Origin: Pristiophorus japonicus
Lineage: Eukaryota
Direction of reading: 5' to 3'
Assembly (NCBI RefSeq): GCF_044704955.1
Contig: NC_091995.1
Location: forward strand, 54,870,001-54,934,000
DNA length: 64,000 nucleotides
The translations under genes were made by a program, and so were the position numbers. The notes beneath the pieces were generated by a model. The model was not told the DNA's origin, did no database searches, and saw only the letters and a list, made by a program, of their open reading frames with translations. The first letter of the stretch is position 1; every line of letters begins with the position of its first letter. Shown piece after piece: positions 12,201 through 28,300 of the stretch.

Positions 12201-14904
12201 TGTCCCCACACACTGTCCCCACACACTGTCCACACACACTGTCCACACACACTGTCCCCACACTGTCCCCAGACACACTGTCCACACACACTGTCCACAG
12301 ACACTGTCCCCACACACACTGTCCACACACACTATCCAGATGCACTGTCCCCACACACTGTCCACACACACTGTCCACACACACTGTCCACACACACTGT
12401 CCCCACACTGTCCCCAGACACACTGTCCACACACACTGTCCACACACACTGTCCCCACACTGTCCACACACACTGTCCCCACACTGTCCCCAGACACACT
12501 GTCCACACACACTGTCCACAGACACTGTCCCCACACTGTCCACACACACTGTCCCCACACTGTCCACACACACTGTCCCCACACTGTCCCCAGACACACT
12601 GTCCACACACACTGTCCCCACACACTGTCCACACACACTGTCCCCACACTGTCCCCAGACACACTGTCCACACACACTGTCCACAGACACTGTCCCCACA
12701 CACACTGTCCACACACACTATCCACATGCACTGTCCCCACGCACTGTCCCCACACACTGTCCGCACACACACTGTCCCCACACACTATCCCCTCACACTG
12801 TCCACACACACTGTCCCCACACACTGTCCCCACACACTGTCCCCACACACTGTCCACACACACTGTCCCCACACACTGCCTCCACACACTGTCCCCACAC
12901 ACACTGTCCCCACACACTGTCCACACACACACTGTCCCCACACACTGTCCACACACACTGTCCCCACACACACTGTCCACACACACACTGTCCACACACA
13001 CTGTCCCCACACACACTGTCCCCACACACACTGTCCACACACACTGTCCCCACACACACTGTCCCCACACACACACACCGTCCCCACACACACTGTCCCC
13101 ACACACACTGCGCACACACACACTGTCCACACACACACTGTCCCCACACACTGTCCACACACACACTGTCCCCACACACACTGTCCCCACACACTGTCTC
13201 CACACACTGTCCCCACACACACTGCGCACACACACACTGTCCACACACACACTGTCCCCACACACTGTCCACACACACACTGTCCCCACACACACTGTCC
13301 CCACACACACTGTCCACACACACTGTCCCCACACACACTGTCCCCACACACTGTCCACACACACTGTCCACACGCACTGTCCACACGCACTGTCCACACG
13401 CACTGTCCACACGCACTGTCCACCTGTCCACACACACTGTCCACACACACACTGTCCCCACACACACTGTCCCCACACACTGTCCACACACACTGTCCCC
13501 ACACACTGTCCCCCCCACACACTGTCCCCACACACTCTCTTCTCACACTGTCCACACACACTGTCCCCACACACTGTCCCCACACACACACTGTCCCCAC
13601 ACACACTGTCCCCACACACACACTGTCCACACACACTATTCACACACACTGTCCACACACACTGTCTCCACACACTGTCCCCACACACACTGTCTCCACA
13701 CACACTGTCTCCACACACTGTCCACACACACTGTCCACACGCACTGTCCACACGGACTGTCCCCACACACTGTCCACACGCACTGTCCCCACGCACTGTC
13801 CACACACACTGTCCCCACGCACTGTCCACACACACTGTCCACACGGACTGTCCCCACACACTGTCCACACGCACTGTCCCCACGCACTGTCCACACGCAC
13901 TGTCCACACGCACTGTCCACACGCACTGTCCACACGCACTGTCCACACACACTGTCCACACACACACTGTCCCCTCACACTGTCCACACACACACTATCC
14001 ACACATACACTGTCCCCACACACACTGTCCACACACACTCTCCCCTCACACTGTCCACACACACTGTCCACACACACACTGCGCACACACACACTGTCCA
14101 CACACACACTGTCCCCACACACTGTCCACACACACACTGTCCCCACACACACTGTCCCCACACACACTGTCCACACACACTGTCCACACACACACTGTCC
14201 CCACACACACTGTCCCCACACACTGTCCACACACACTGTCCACACGCACTGTCCACACGCACTGTCCACACGCACTGTCCACACGCACTGTCCACACGCA
14301 CTGTCCACACGCACTGTCCACCTGTCCACACACACTGTCCACACACACACTGTCCCCACACACACTGTCCCCACACACTGTCCACACACACTGTCCCCAC
14401 ACACTGTCCCCCCCACACACTGTCCCCACACACTCTCTTCTCACACTGTCCACACACACTGTCCCCACACACTGTCCCCACACACACACTGTCCCCACAC
14501 ACACTGTCCCCACACACACACTGTCCACACACACTATTCACACACACTGTCCACACACACTGTCTCCACACACTGTCCCCACACACACTGTCTCCACACA
14601 CACTGTCTCCACACACTGTCCACACACACTGTCCACACGCACTGTCCACACGGACTGTCCCCACACACTGTCCACACGCACTGTCCCCACGCACTGTCCA
14701 CACACACTGTCCCCACGCACTGTCCACACACACTGTCCCCACACACTGTCCACACGCACTGTCCCCACGCACTGTCCACACGCACTGTCCACACGCACTG
14801 TCCACACGCACTGTCCACACGCACTGTCCACACACACTGTCCACACGCACTGTCCACACACACTGTCCCCACACACACTGTCCACACACACTGTCCCCAC
14901 ACAC

Positions 14905-14932
14905 TGTGTGTGGAAATTTTTTTGTGGACACT
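14905..14932 (-). repeat. 28-bp A-tract cassette, inverted form (representative copy)
   Basis: TGTGTGTGGAAATTTTTTTGTGGACACT, the exact reverse complement of 6236-6263, between the same flanks. Confidence 0.95.
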
Positions 14933-17900
14933 ATGTCCCCACACACTGTCCCCACACACTGTCCCCACACACACTGTCCACACACACTGTCCACACACAC
15001 TGTCCACACACACTGTCCACACACACACTGTCCACACACACACTGTCCCCACACACACTGTCCACACACACACTGTCCCCACGCACTGTCCCCACACACT
15101 GTCCACACGGACTGTCCCCACACACTGTCCACACGCACTGTCCACACGCACTGTCCACACGCACTGTCCACACGCACTGTCCACACACACTGTCCACACA
15201 CACACGGTCCACACACACTGTCCCCTCACACTGTCCACACACACTGTCCCCACGCACTGTCCACACACACTGTCCCCACACACTGTCCACACGCACTGTC
15301 CCCACGCACTGTCCACACGCACTGTCCACACGCACTGTCCACACGCACTGTCCACACGCACTGTCCACACACACTGTCCACACACACACTGTCCCCTCAC
15401 ACTGTCCACACACACACTATCCACACATACACTGTCCCCACACACACTGTCCACACACACACACGGTCCACACACACTGTCCACACACACTGTCCACACA
15501 CACTCTCCCCTCACACTGTCCACACGCACTGTCCACACACACTGTCCCCACACACACTGTCCACACACACTGTCCCCACACACTGTGTGTGGAAATTTTT
15601 TTGTGGACACTATGTCCCCACACACTGTCCCCACACACTGTCCCCACACACACTGTCCACACACACTGTCCACACACACTGTCCACACACACACTGTCCA
15701 CACACACACTGTCCCCACACACACTGTCCACACACACACTGTCCCCACGCACTGTCCCCACACACTGTCCACACGGACTGTCCCCACACACTGTCCACAC
15801 GCACTGTCCACACGCACTGTCCACACGCACTGTCCACACACACTGTCCACACACACACGGTCCACACACACTGTCCCCTCACACTGTCCACACACACACT
15901 GTCCACACACACTGTCCACACACACTGTCCCCACACACACTGTCCCCACACACACTGTCCCCTCACACTGTCCCCTCACACTGTCCCCACACTGTCCACA
16001 CACACTGTCCCCACACTATCCCCAGACACACTGTCTACACACACTGTCCCCACACACTGTCCACACACACTGTCCACACACACTGTCCCCACACTGTCCC
16101 CAGACACACTGTCCACACACACTGTCCACAGACACTGTCCCCACACACACTGTCCACACACACTATCCACACGCACTGTCCCCACGCACTGTCCCCACAC
16201 ACTGTCCGCACACACACTGTCCCCACACACTATCCCCTCACACTGTCCACACACACTGTCCCCACACACTGTCCCCACACACTGTCCCCACACACTGTCC
16301 ACACACACTGTCCCCACACACTGTCTCCACACACTGTCCCCACACACTGTCCACACACACACTGTCCCCACACACACTGTCCACACACACACTGTCCACA
16401 CACACACTGTCCCCACACACACTGTCCCCACACACTGTCCACACACACTGTCCCCACACACTGTCCCCCCCACACACTGTCCCCACACACTCTCTTCTCA
16501 CACTGTCCACACACACTGTCCCCACACACTGTCCCCACACACACACTGTCCCCACACACACTGTCCCCACACACACACTGTCCACACACACTATTCACAC
16601 ACACTGTCCACACACACTGTCTCCACACACTGTCCCCACACACACTGTCTCCACACACACTGTCTCCACACACTGTCCACACACACTGTCCACACGCACT
16701 GTCCACACGGACTGTCCCCACACACTGTCCACACGCACTGTCCCCACGCACTGTCCACACACACTGTCCCCACGCACTGTCCACACACACTGTCCCCACA
16801 CACTGTCCACACGCACTGTCCCCACGCACTGTCCACACGCACTGTCCACACGCACTGTCCACACGCACTGTCCACACACACTGTCCACACGCACTGTCCA
16901 CACACACTGTCCCCACACACACTGTCCACACACACTGTCCACACACACACTGTCCCCACACACACTGTCCACACACACACTGTCCCCACGCACTGTCCCC
17001 ACACACTGTCCACACGGACTGTCCCCACACACTGTCCACACGCACTGTCCACACGCACTGTCCACACGCACTGTCCACACACACTGTCCACACACACACG
17101 GTCCACACACACTGTCCCCTCACACTGTCCACACACACACTGTCCACACACACTGTCCACACACACTGTCCACACACACTGTCCCCACACACACTGTCCC
17201 CACACACACTGTCCCCTCACACTGTCCCCTCACACTGTCCCCACACTGTCCACACACACTGTCCCCACACTATCCCCAGACACACTGTCCACACACACTG
17301 TCCCCACACACTGTCCACACACACTGTCCACACACACTGTCCCCACACTGTCCCCAGACACACTGTCCACACACACTGTCCACAGACACTGTCCCCACAC
17401 ACACTGTCCACACACACTATCCACACGCACTGTCCCCACGCACTGTCCCCACACACTGTCCGCACACACACTGTCCCCACACACTATCCCCTCACACTGT
17501 CCACACACACTGTCCCCACACACTGTCCCCACACACTGTCCCCACACACTGTCCACACACACTGTCCCCACACACTGTCTCCACACACTGTCCCCACACA
17601 CTGTCCACACACACACTGTCCCCACACACACTGTCCACACACACACTGTCCACACACACACTGTCCCCACACACACTGTCCCCACACACTGTCCACACAC
17701 ACTGTCCCCACACACTGTCCCCCCCACACACTGTCCCCACACACTCTCTTCTCACACTGTCCACACACACTGTCCCCACACACTGTCCCCACACACACAC
17801 TGTCCCCACACACACTGTCCCCACACACACACTGTCCACACACACTATTCACACACACTGTCCACACACACTGTCTCCACACACTGTCCCCACACACACT

Positions 17901-20900
17901 GTCTCCACACACACTGTCTCCACACACTGTCCACACACACTGTCCACACGCACTGTCCACACGGACTGTCCCCACACACTGTCCACACGCACTGTCCCCA
18001 TGCACTGTCCACACACACTGTCCCCACGCACTGTCCACACACACTGTCCCCACACACTGTCCACACGCACTGTCCCCACGCACTGTCCACACGCACTGTC
18101 CACACGCACTGTCCACACGCACTGTCCACACACACTGTCCACACGCACTGTCCACACACACTGTCCCCACACACACTGTCCACACACACTGTCCCCACAC
18201 ACTGTGTGTGGAAATTTTTTTGTGGACACTATGTCCCCACACACTGTCCCCACACACTGTCCCCACACACACTGTCCACACACACTGTCCACACACACTG
18301 TCCACACACACACTGTCCACACACACACTGTCCCCACACACACTGTCCACACACACACTGTCCCCACGCACTGTCCCCACACACTGTCCACACGGACTGT
18401 CCCCACACACTGTCCACACGCACTGTCCACACGCACTGTCCACACGCACTGTCCACACGCACTGTCCACACACACTGTCCACACACACACGGTCCACACA
18501 CACTGTCCCCTCACACTGTCCACACACACTGTCCCCACGCACTGTCCACACACACTGTCCCCACACACTGTCCACACGCACTGTCCCCACGCACTGTCCA
18601 CACGCACTGTCCACACGCACTGTCCACACGCACTGTCCACACGCACTGTCCACACACACTGTCCACACACACACTGTCCCCTCACACTGTCCACACACAC
18701 ACTATCCACACATACACTGTCCCCACACACACTGTCCACACACACACACGGTCCACACACACTGTCCACACACACTGTCCACACACACTCTCCCCTCACA
18801 CTGTCCACACGCACTGTCCACACACACTGTCCCCACACACACTGTCCACACACACTGTCCCCTCACACTGTCCACACACACACTGTCCACACACACTGTC
18901 CACACACACTGTCCCCACACACACTGTCCCCACACACTGTCCCCACACACTATCCACACACACTGTCCACACACACTCTCCCCTCACACTGTCCCCACAC
19001 TGTCCACACACACTGTCCCCACACTATCCCCAGACACACTGTCCACACACACTGTCCCCACACACTGTCCACACACACTGTCCACACACACTGTCCCCAC
19101 ACTGTCCCCAGACACACTGTCCACACACACTGTCCACAGACACTGTCCCCACACACACTGTCCACACACACTATCCACACGCACTGTCCCCACGCACTGT
19201 CCCCACACACTGTCCGCACACACACTGTCCCCACACACTATCCCCTCACACTGTCCACACACACTGTCCCCACACACTGTCCCCACACACTGTCCCCACA
19301 CACTGTCCACACACACTGTCCCCACACACTGTCTCCACACACTGTCCCCACACACTGTCCACACACACACTGTCCACACACACTGTCCACACACACTGTC
19401 CCCACACACACTGTCCCCACACACACTGTCCACACACACTGTCCCCACACACACTGTCCCCACACACACACACTGTCCCCACACACACTGTCCCCACACA
19501 CACTGCGCACACACACACTGTCCACACACACACTGTCCCCACACACTGTCCACACACACTGTCCACACACACTGTCCACACACACACTGTCCACACACAC
19601 ACTGTCCCCACACACACTGTCCACACACACACTGTCCCCACGCACTGTCCACACACACTGTCCCCACACACTGTCCACACGGACTGTCCCCACACACTGT
19701 CCACACGCACTGTCCCCACGCACTGTCCACACGCACTGTCCACACGCACTGTCCACACGCACTGTCCACACACACTGTCCACACACACACGGTCCACACA
19801 CACTGTCCCTTCACACTGTCCCCTCACACTGTCCACACACACACTGTCCACACACACACTGTCCACACACACACTGTCCACACACACTGTCCACACACAC
19901 TGTCCCCACACACACTGTCCCCACACACACTGTCCCCTCACACTGTCTCCTCACACTGTCCACACACACTGTCCCCACACACTGTCCACACACACTGTCC
20001 CCACGCACTGTCCACATGCACTGTCCCCACACACACTGTCCCCACACACACTGCCCCGTCAAACTGTCCACACACACACTGTCCACACGCACTGTCCACA
20101 CACACTGTCCCCACACACTGTCCACACACACACTGTCCACACACACTGTCCACACACACACTCTCCACACACACACTGTCCCCACACACACTGTCCACAC
20201 ACACACTCTCCACACACACACTCTCCACACACACACTCTCCACACACTGTCCACACAGACACTGTCCCCACACACACTGTCCACACACACTATCCACACG
20301 CACTGTCCCCACGCACTGTCCCCACGCACTGTCCCCACACACTGTCCACACGCACTATCCACACACACTGTCCACACACACTCTCCACACACACTGTCCA
20401 CACACACTGTCCCCACACACACTGTCCCCACACACTGTCCCCACACACACTGTCCCCACACACTGTCCCCACACACTGTCCCCACACACTGTCCACACAC
20501 ACTGTCCCCACACACTAACCACACACACTGACCACACGCACTGTCCCCACGCACTGTCCATACACACTGTCCACACACACTGTCCCCACACACACTGTCC
20601 CCACACACTGTCCCCACACACACTGTCCCCACACACTGTCCACACAGACTGTCCCCACACACACTGTCCACACACACTGTCCCCACACACACTGTCCCCA
20701 CACACACTGTCCACACACACTGTCCCCACACACTGTCCACACGCACTGTCCCCACACACTGTCCACACACACACTGTCCCCACACACACTGTCCACACAC
20801 ACTGTCCCCACACACTGTCCCCACACACTAACCACACACACTGACCACACGCACTGTCCCCACGCACTGTCCATACACACTGTCCACACACACTGTCCCC

Positions 20901-22357
20901 ACACACACTGTCCCCACACACTGTCCCCACACACTGTCCCCACACACTGTCCACACACACTGTCCCCACACACACTGTCCACACACACTGTCCCCACACA
21001 CACTGTCCCCACACACTGTCCACACAGACTGTCCCCACACACACTGTCCACACACACTGTCCCCACACACACTGTCCCCACACACACTGTCCACACACAC
21101 TGTCCCCACACACTGTCCACACGCACTGTCCCCACACACTGTCCACACACACACTGTCCCCACACACACTGTCCACACACACTGTCCCCACACACTGTCC
21201 CCACACACTAACCACACACACTGACCACACGCACTGTCCCCACGCACTGTCCATACACACTGTCCACACACACTGTCCCCACACACACTGTCCCCACACA
21301 CTGTCCCCACACACTGTCCCCACACACTGTCCACACACACTGTCCCCACACACACTGTCCACACACACTGTCCCCACACACACTGTCCCCACACACTGTC
21401 CACACACACTGTCCCCACACACAGTCCCCACACACTGTCCACACACACACTGTCCCCACACACTGTCCACACACACTGTCCACACACACTGTCCACACAA
21501 ACTGTCCCCACACACACTGTCCACACACACTGTCCCCACACACTGTCCCCACACACACTGTCCCCACACACTGTCCCCACACACTGTCCACACACACTGT
21601 CCCCACACACTGTCCACACACACTGTCCCCACACACACTGTCCCCACACACTGTCCCCACACACTGTCCACACACACTGTCCCCACACACTGTCCACACA
21701 CACACTGTCCCCACACACTGACCACACACACTGACCACACACATTGTCCACACACACTGTCCCCACACACACTGTCCCCACACACACTGTCCCCACACAC
21801 TGTCCCCACACACTGTCCACACATACTGTCCACACACACTGTCCCCAGACACACTGTCCACACACACTGTCCACAGACACTGTCCCCACACACACTGTCC
21901 ACACACACTATCCACACGCACTGTCCCCACGCACTGTCCCCACACACTGTCCACACACACACTGTCCGCACACACACTATCCCCTCACACTGTCCACACA
22001 CACTGTCCCCACACACACTGTCCCCACACACTGTCCCCACACACACTGTCCCCACACACTGTCCCCACACACTCTCTTCTCACACTGTCCACACACACTG
22101 TCCCCACACACTGTCCCCACACACTGTCCACACACACACGGTCCACACACACACTGTCCACACACACTGTCCACACACACTGTCCACACACACTGTCCCC
22201 ACACACACTGTCCCCACACACACTGTCCCCTCACACTGTCCCCTCACACTGTCCACACACACTGTCCCCACACACTGTCCCCACACACACTGTCCACACA
22301 CACTGTCCCCACACACTGTCCCCACACACAGTGTCCATAAAAAAATTTCCACACACA

Positions 22358-22389
22358 GTGTGTGGGGACAGTGTGTGGGGACAGTGTGT
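22358..22389 (-). repeat. Short inverted satellite patch (~2.5 monomers) between two A-tract cassettes
   Basis: gtgtgtggggacagtgtgtggggacagtgtgt on the + strand. Confidence 0.95.
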
Positions 22390-25300
22390 CCATAAAAAAA
22401 TTTCCACACACAATGTCCCCACACACTGTCCCCACACACTGTCCCTACACACTATCCACACACACTGTCCCCACACACACTGTCCCCACACACTGTCCCC
22501 ACACACACTGCGCACACACACACTGTCCACACACACACACTGTCCACACACACTGTCCACACACACACTGTCCCCACACACACTGTCTCCGCACAACTGT
22601 CCCCACACACTGACCACACACACTGTCCACATACACACTGTCCACACACACTGTCCCCACACACACTGTCCACACACACTGTCCACACACACACTGTCCC
22701 CACACACTGTCCCCACACACACTGTCTCCGCACAACTGTCCCCACACACTGACCACACACACTGTCCACATACACACTGTCCACACACACTGTCCCCACA
22801 CACACTGTCCACACACACTGTCCACACACACACTGTCCCCACACTGTCCACATGCACTATCCACAGGCACTGTCCACACGCACTTTCCCCACACACTGTC
22901 CACACACACTGTCCCCACACACTGTCCACACACACACTGTCCCCACACACTGTCCCCACACACTGTCCCCACACACTGTCCCCACGCACTGTCCATACAC
23001 ACTGTCCACACACACTGTCCCCACAAACACTGTCCCCACGCACTGTCCATACACACTGTCCACACACACTGTCCCCACACACACTGTCCCCACACACTGT
23101 CCCCACACACTGTCCCCACACACTCTCTTCTCACACTGTCCCCACACACTGTCCCCACACACACACTGTCCCCACACACACACTGTCCCCACACACACTG
23201 TCCCCACACACACACTGTCCACACACACTATTCACACACACTGTCCACACACACTGTCTCCACACACTGTCCCCACACACACTGTCCACACGCACTGTCC
23301 ACACGGACTGTCCCCACACACTGTCCACACGCACTGTCCCCACGCACTGTCCACACACACTGTCCCCACGCACTGTCCCCACGCACTGTCCACACACACT
23401 GTCCACACGGACTGTCCACACGGACTGTCCCCACACACTGTCCACACGCACTGTCCCCACGCACTGTCCACACGCATTGTCCACACGCACTGTCCACACA
23501 CACTGTCCACACACACACGGTCCACACACACTGTCCCCTCACACTGTCCACACACACACTATCCACACACACACTGTCCCCACACACACTGTCCACACAC
23601 ACACACGGTCCACACACACTGTCCACACACACTGTCCCCTCACACTGTCCCCTCACACTGTCCCCACACACTGTCCCCACACACACTGTCCCCACACACA
23701 CTGTCCCCACACACTGTCCACACACACACTGTCCCCACACACACTGTCCCCACACACTGTCCACACGCACTGTCCACACGCACTGTCCACACGCACTGTC
23801 CACACGCACTGTCCACACGCACTGTCCACCTGTCCACACACACTGTCCACACACACACTGTCCCCACACACACTGTCCCCACACACTGTCCACACACACT
23901 GTCCCCACACACTGCCCCCCCCACACACTGTCCCCACACACTCTCTTCTCACACTGTCCACACACACTGTCCCCACACACTGTCCCCACACACACACTGT
24001 CCCCACACACACTGTCCACACACACTGTCCCCACACACACTGTCCACACACACTGTCCACACACACTGTTCACACACACACTGTCCCCACACACACTGTC
24101 CACACACACACTGTCCCCACGCACTGTCCACACACACTGTCCCCACACACTGTCCACACGCACTGTCCACACGGACTGTCCCCACAAACTGTCCACACGC
24201 ACTGTCCCCACGCACCGTCCACACGCACTGTCCACACGCACTGTCCACACGCACTGTCCACACGCACTGTCCACACACACTGTCCACACACACACGGTCC
24301 ACACACACTGTCCCCTCACACTGTCCACACACACACTATCCACACACACACTGTCCCCACACACACTGTCCACACACACACACGGTCCACACACACTGTC
24401 CACACACACTGTCCACACACACTCTCCCCTCACACTGTCCCCTCACACTGTCCACACACACTGTCCCCACACACTGTCCCCACACACTGTCCACACACAC
24501 TGTCCCCACACACACTGTCCACACACACACTATCCCCTCACACTGTCCACACACACACTGTCCCCACACACTGTCCACACACACTGTCCCCACGCACTGT
24601 CCCCACACACTGTCCACACACACACTGTCCGCACACACACTATCCCCTCACACTGTCCACACACACACTGTCCCCACACACTGTCCACACACACTGTCCC
24701 CACACACACTGTCCCCACACACACTGTCCCCACACACACACTGTCCCCACACACACTGTCCCCACACACACTGCGCACACACACACTGTCCCCACACACT
24801 CTCTTCTCACACTGTCCACACACACTGTCCCACACACTGTCCCCACACACTGTCCCCACACACTGTCCCCTCACACTGTCCCCACACACTGTCCCCTCAC
24901 ACTGTCCACACACACTGTCCCCACACACACACTGTCCCCACACACACTGTCCCCACACACACTGTCCACACACACACTGTCCACACACACTGTCCCCACA
25001 CACTGTGTGTGGAAATTTTTTTGTGGACACTATGTCCCCACGCACTGTCCACACGCACTGTCCACACGGACTGTCCCCACGCACTGTCCACACGCACTGT
25101 CCCCACGCACTGTCCACACGCACTGTCCACACGCACTGTCCACACACACTGTCCCCACACACACTGTCCCCACACACTGTCCCCACACACACTGTCCCCA
25201 CACACTGTCCCCACACACTGTCCCCACACACTGTCCACACACACTGTCCCCACACACTGTCCACACACACACTGTCCCCACACACTGTCCACAGACACTG

Positions 25301-28300
25301 TCCCCACACACACTGTCCACACACACTATCCACACACACTGTCCACACACACTGTCCCCACACACACTGTCCACACACACTATCCACATGCACTGTCCCC
25401 ACGCACTGTCCCCACACACTGTCCGCACACACACTGTCCCCACACACTATCCCCTCACACTGTCCACACACACTGTCCCCACACACACTGTCCCCACACA
25501 CACACACCGTCCCCACACACACTGTCCCCACACACACTGCGCACACACACACTGTCCACACACACACTGTCCCCACACACTGTCCACACACACACTGTCC
25601 CCACACACACTGTCCCCACACACTGTCTCCACACACTGTCCCCACACACACTGCGCACACACACACTGTCCACACACACACTGTCCCCACACACTGTCCA
25701 CACACACACTGTCCCCACACACACTGTCCCCACACACTGTCTCCACACACTGTCCCCACACACACTGCGCACACACACACTGTCCACACACACACTGTCC
25801 CCACACACTGTCCACACACACACTGTCCCCACACACACTGTCCCCACACACTGTCTCCACACACTGTCCCCACACACTGTCGCCACACACACTGTCCCCA
25901 CACACTCTCTTCTCACACTGTCCACACACACTGTCCCCACACACTGTCCCCACACACTGTCCCCACACGCACTGTCCCCACACACTTTCCACACACACTG
26001 TCCCCACACACACTGTCCACACACACTGTCCACACACACACTGTCCCCACACACACTGTCCCCACACACTGTCCACACACACTGTCCACACACACTTTCC
26101 GCACACACACTGTCCACACACACTGTCCCCACACACTGTCCACACACACACTGTCCCCACACACTGTCCACACACACTGACCACACACACTGTCCCCACA
26201 CACTGTCCACACACACTGTCCCCACACACTGACCCCACACACTGTCCCCTCACACTGTCCCCACACACTGTCCACACACACTGACCACACACACTGTCTC
26301 CACACACTGTCCACACGCACTGTCCCCACACACTGTCCACACATACTGTCCCCACACACTGTCCCCACACACTGTCCACACACACTGACCACACACACTG
26401 TCCCCACACACTGTCCACACGCACTGTCCGACGCACTGTCCCCACACACACTGTCCCCACACACACTGTCCACACACACTGTCCCCACACACTGTCCACA
26501 CACACTGTCCACACACACTGTCCCCACACTGTCCCCAGACACACTGTCCACACACACTGTCCACAGACACTGTCCCCACACACACTGTCCACACACACTA
26601 TCCACATGCACTGTCCCCACACACTGTCCACACACACTGTCCACACACACTGTCCACACACACTGTCCCCACACTGTCCCCAGACACACTGTCCCCACAC
26701 ACTGTCCACACACACACTGTCCCCACACTGTCCCCAGACACACTGTCCACACACACTGTCCACAGACACTGTCCCCACACTGTCCCCAGACACACTGTCC
26801 ACACACACTGTCCACACACACACTGTCCCCACACTGTCCCCAGACACACTGTCCACACACACTGTCCACAGACACTGTCCCCACACTGTCCACACACACT
26901 GTCCCCACACTGTCCACACACACTGTCCCCACACTGTCCCCAGACACACTGTCCACACACACTGTCCCCAGACACACTGTCCACACACACTGTCCACAGA
27001 CACTGTCCCCACACACACTGTCCACACACACTATCCACATGCACTGTCCCCACACACTGTCCACACACACTGTCCACACACATGTCCACACACACTGTCC
27101 CCACACTGTCCACACACACTGTCCCCACACTGTCCCCAGACACACTGTCCACACACACTGTCCACAGACACTGTCCCCACACTGTCCACACACACTGTCC
27201 CCACACTGTCCACACACACTGTCCCCACACTGTCCCCAGACACACTGTCCACACACACTGTCCCCACACACTGTCCACACACACTGTCCACACACACTGT
27301 CCCCACACTGTCCCCAGACACACTGTCCACACACACTGTCCCCAGACACACTGTCCACACACACTGTCCACAGACACTGTCCCCACACACACTGTCCCCA
27401 CACACTGTCCACACACACACTGTCCCCACACACTGTCCACACACACTGTCCCCACACACACTGTCCACACACACTGTCCCCACACACTGTCCCCACACAC
27501 TGTCCACACACACTGTCCCCACACACTGTCTCCACACACTGTCCCCACACACACTGTCCCCACACACTGTCCACACACACACTGTCCCCACACACTGTCC
27601 ACACACACTGTCCCCACACACACTGTCCACACACACACTGTCCACACACACAGTCCCCACACACACTGTCCCCACACACACTGCGCACACACACACTGTC
27701 CACACACACACTGTCCCCACACACTGTCCACACACACACTGTCCCCACACACACTGTCCACACACACTGTCCACACACACACTGTCCCCACACACACTGT
27801 CCCCACACACTGTCCACACACACTGTCCACACGCACTGTCCACACGCACTGTCCACACGCACTGTCCACACGCACTGTCCACCTGTCCACACACACTGTC
27901 CACACACACACTGTCCCCACACACACTGTCCCCACACACTGTCCACACACACTGTCCCCACACACTGTCCCCCCCACACACTGTCCCCACACACTCTCTT
28001 CTCACACTGTCCACACACACTGTCCCCACACACTGTCCCCACACACACACTGTCCCCACACACACTGTCCCCACACACACACTGTCCACACACACTATTC
28101 ACACACACTGTCTCCACACACTGTCCCCACACACACTGTCTCCACACACACTGTCTCCACACACTGTCCACACACACTGTCCACACGCACTGTCCACACG
28201 GACTGTCCCCACACACTGTCCACACGCACTGTCCCCACGCACTGTCCACACACACTGTCCCCACGCACTGTCCACACACACTGTCCACACGGACTGTCCC

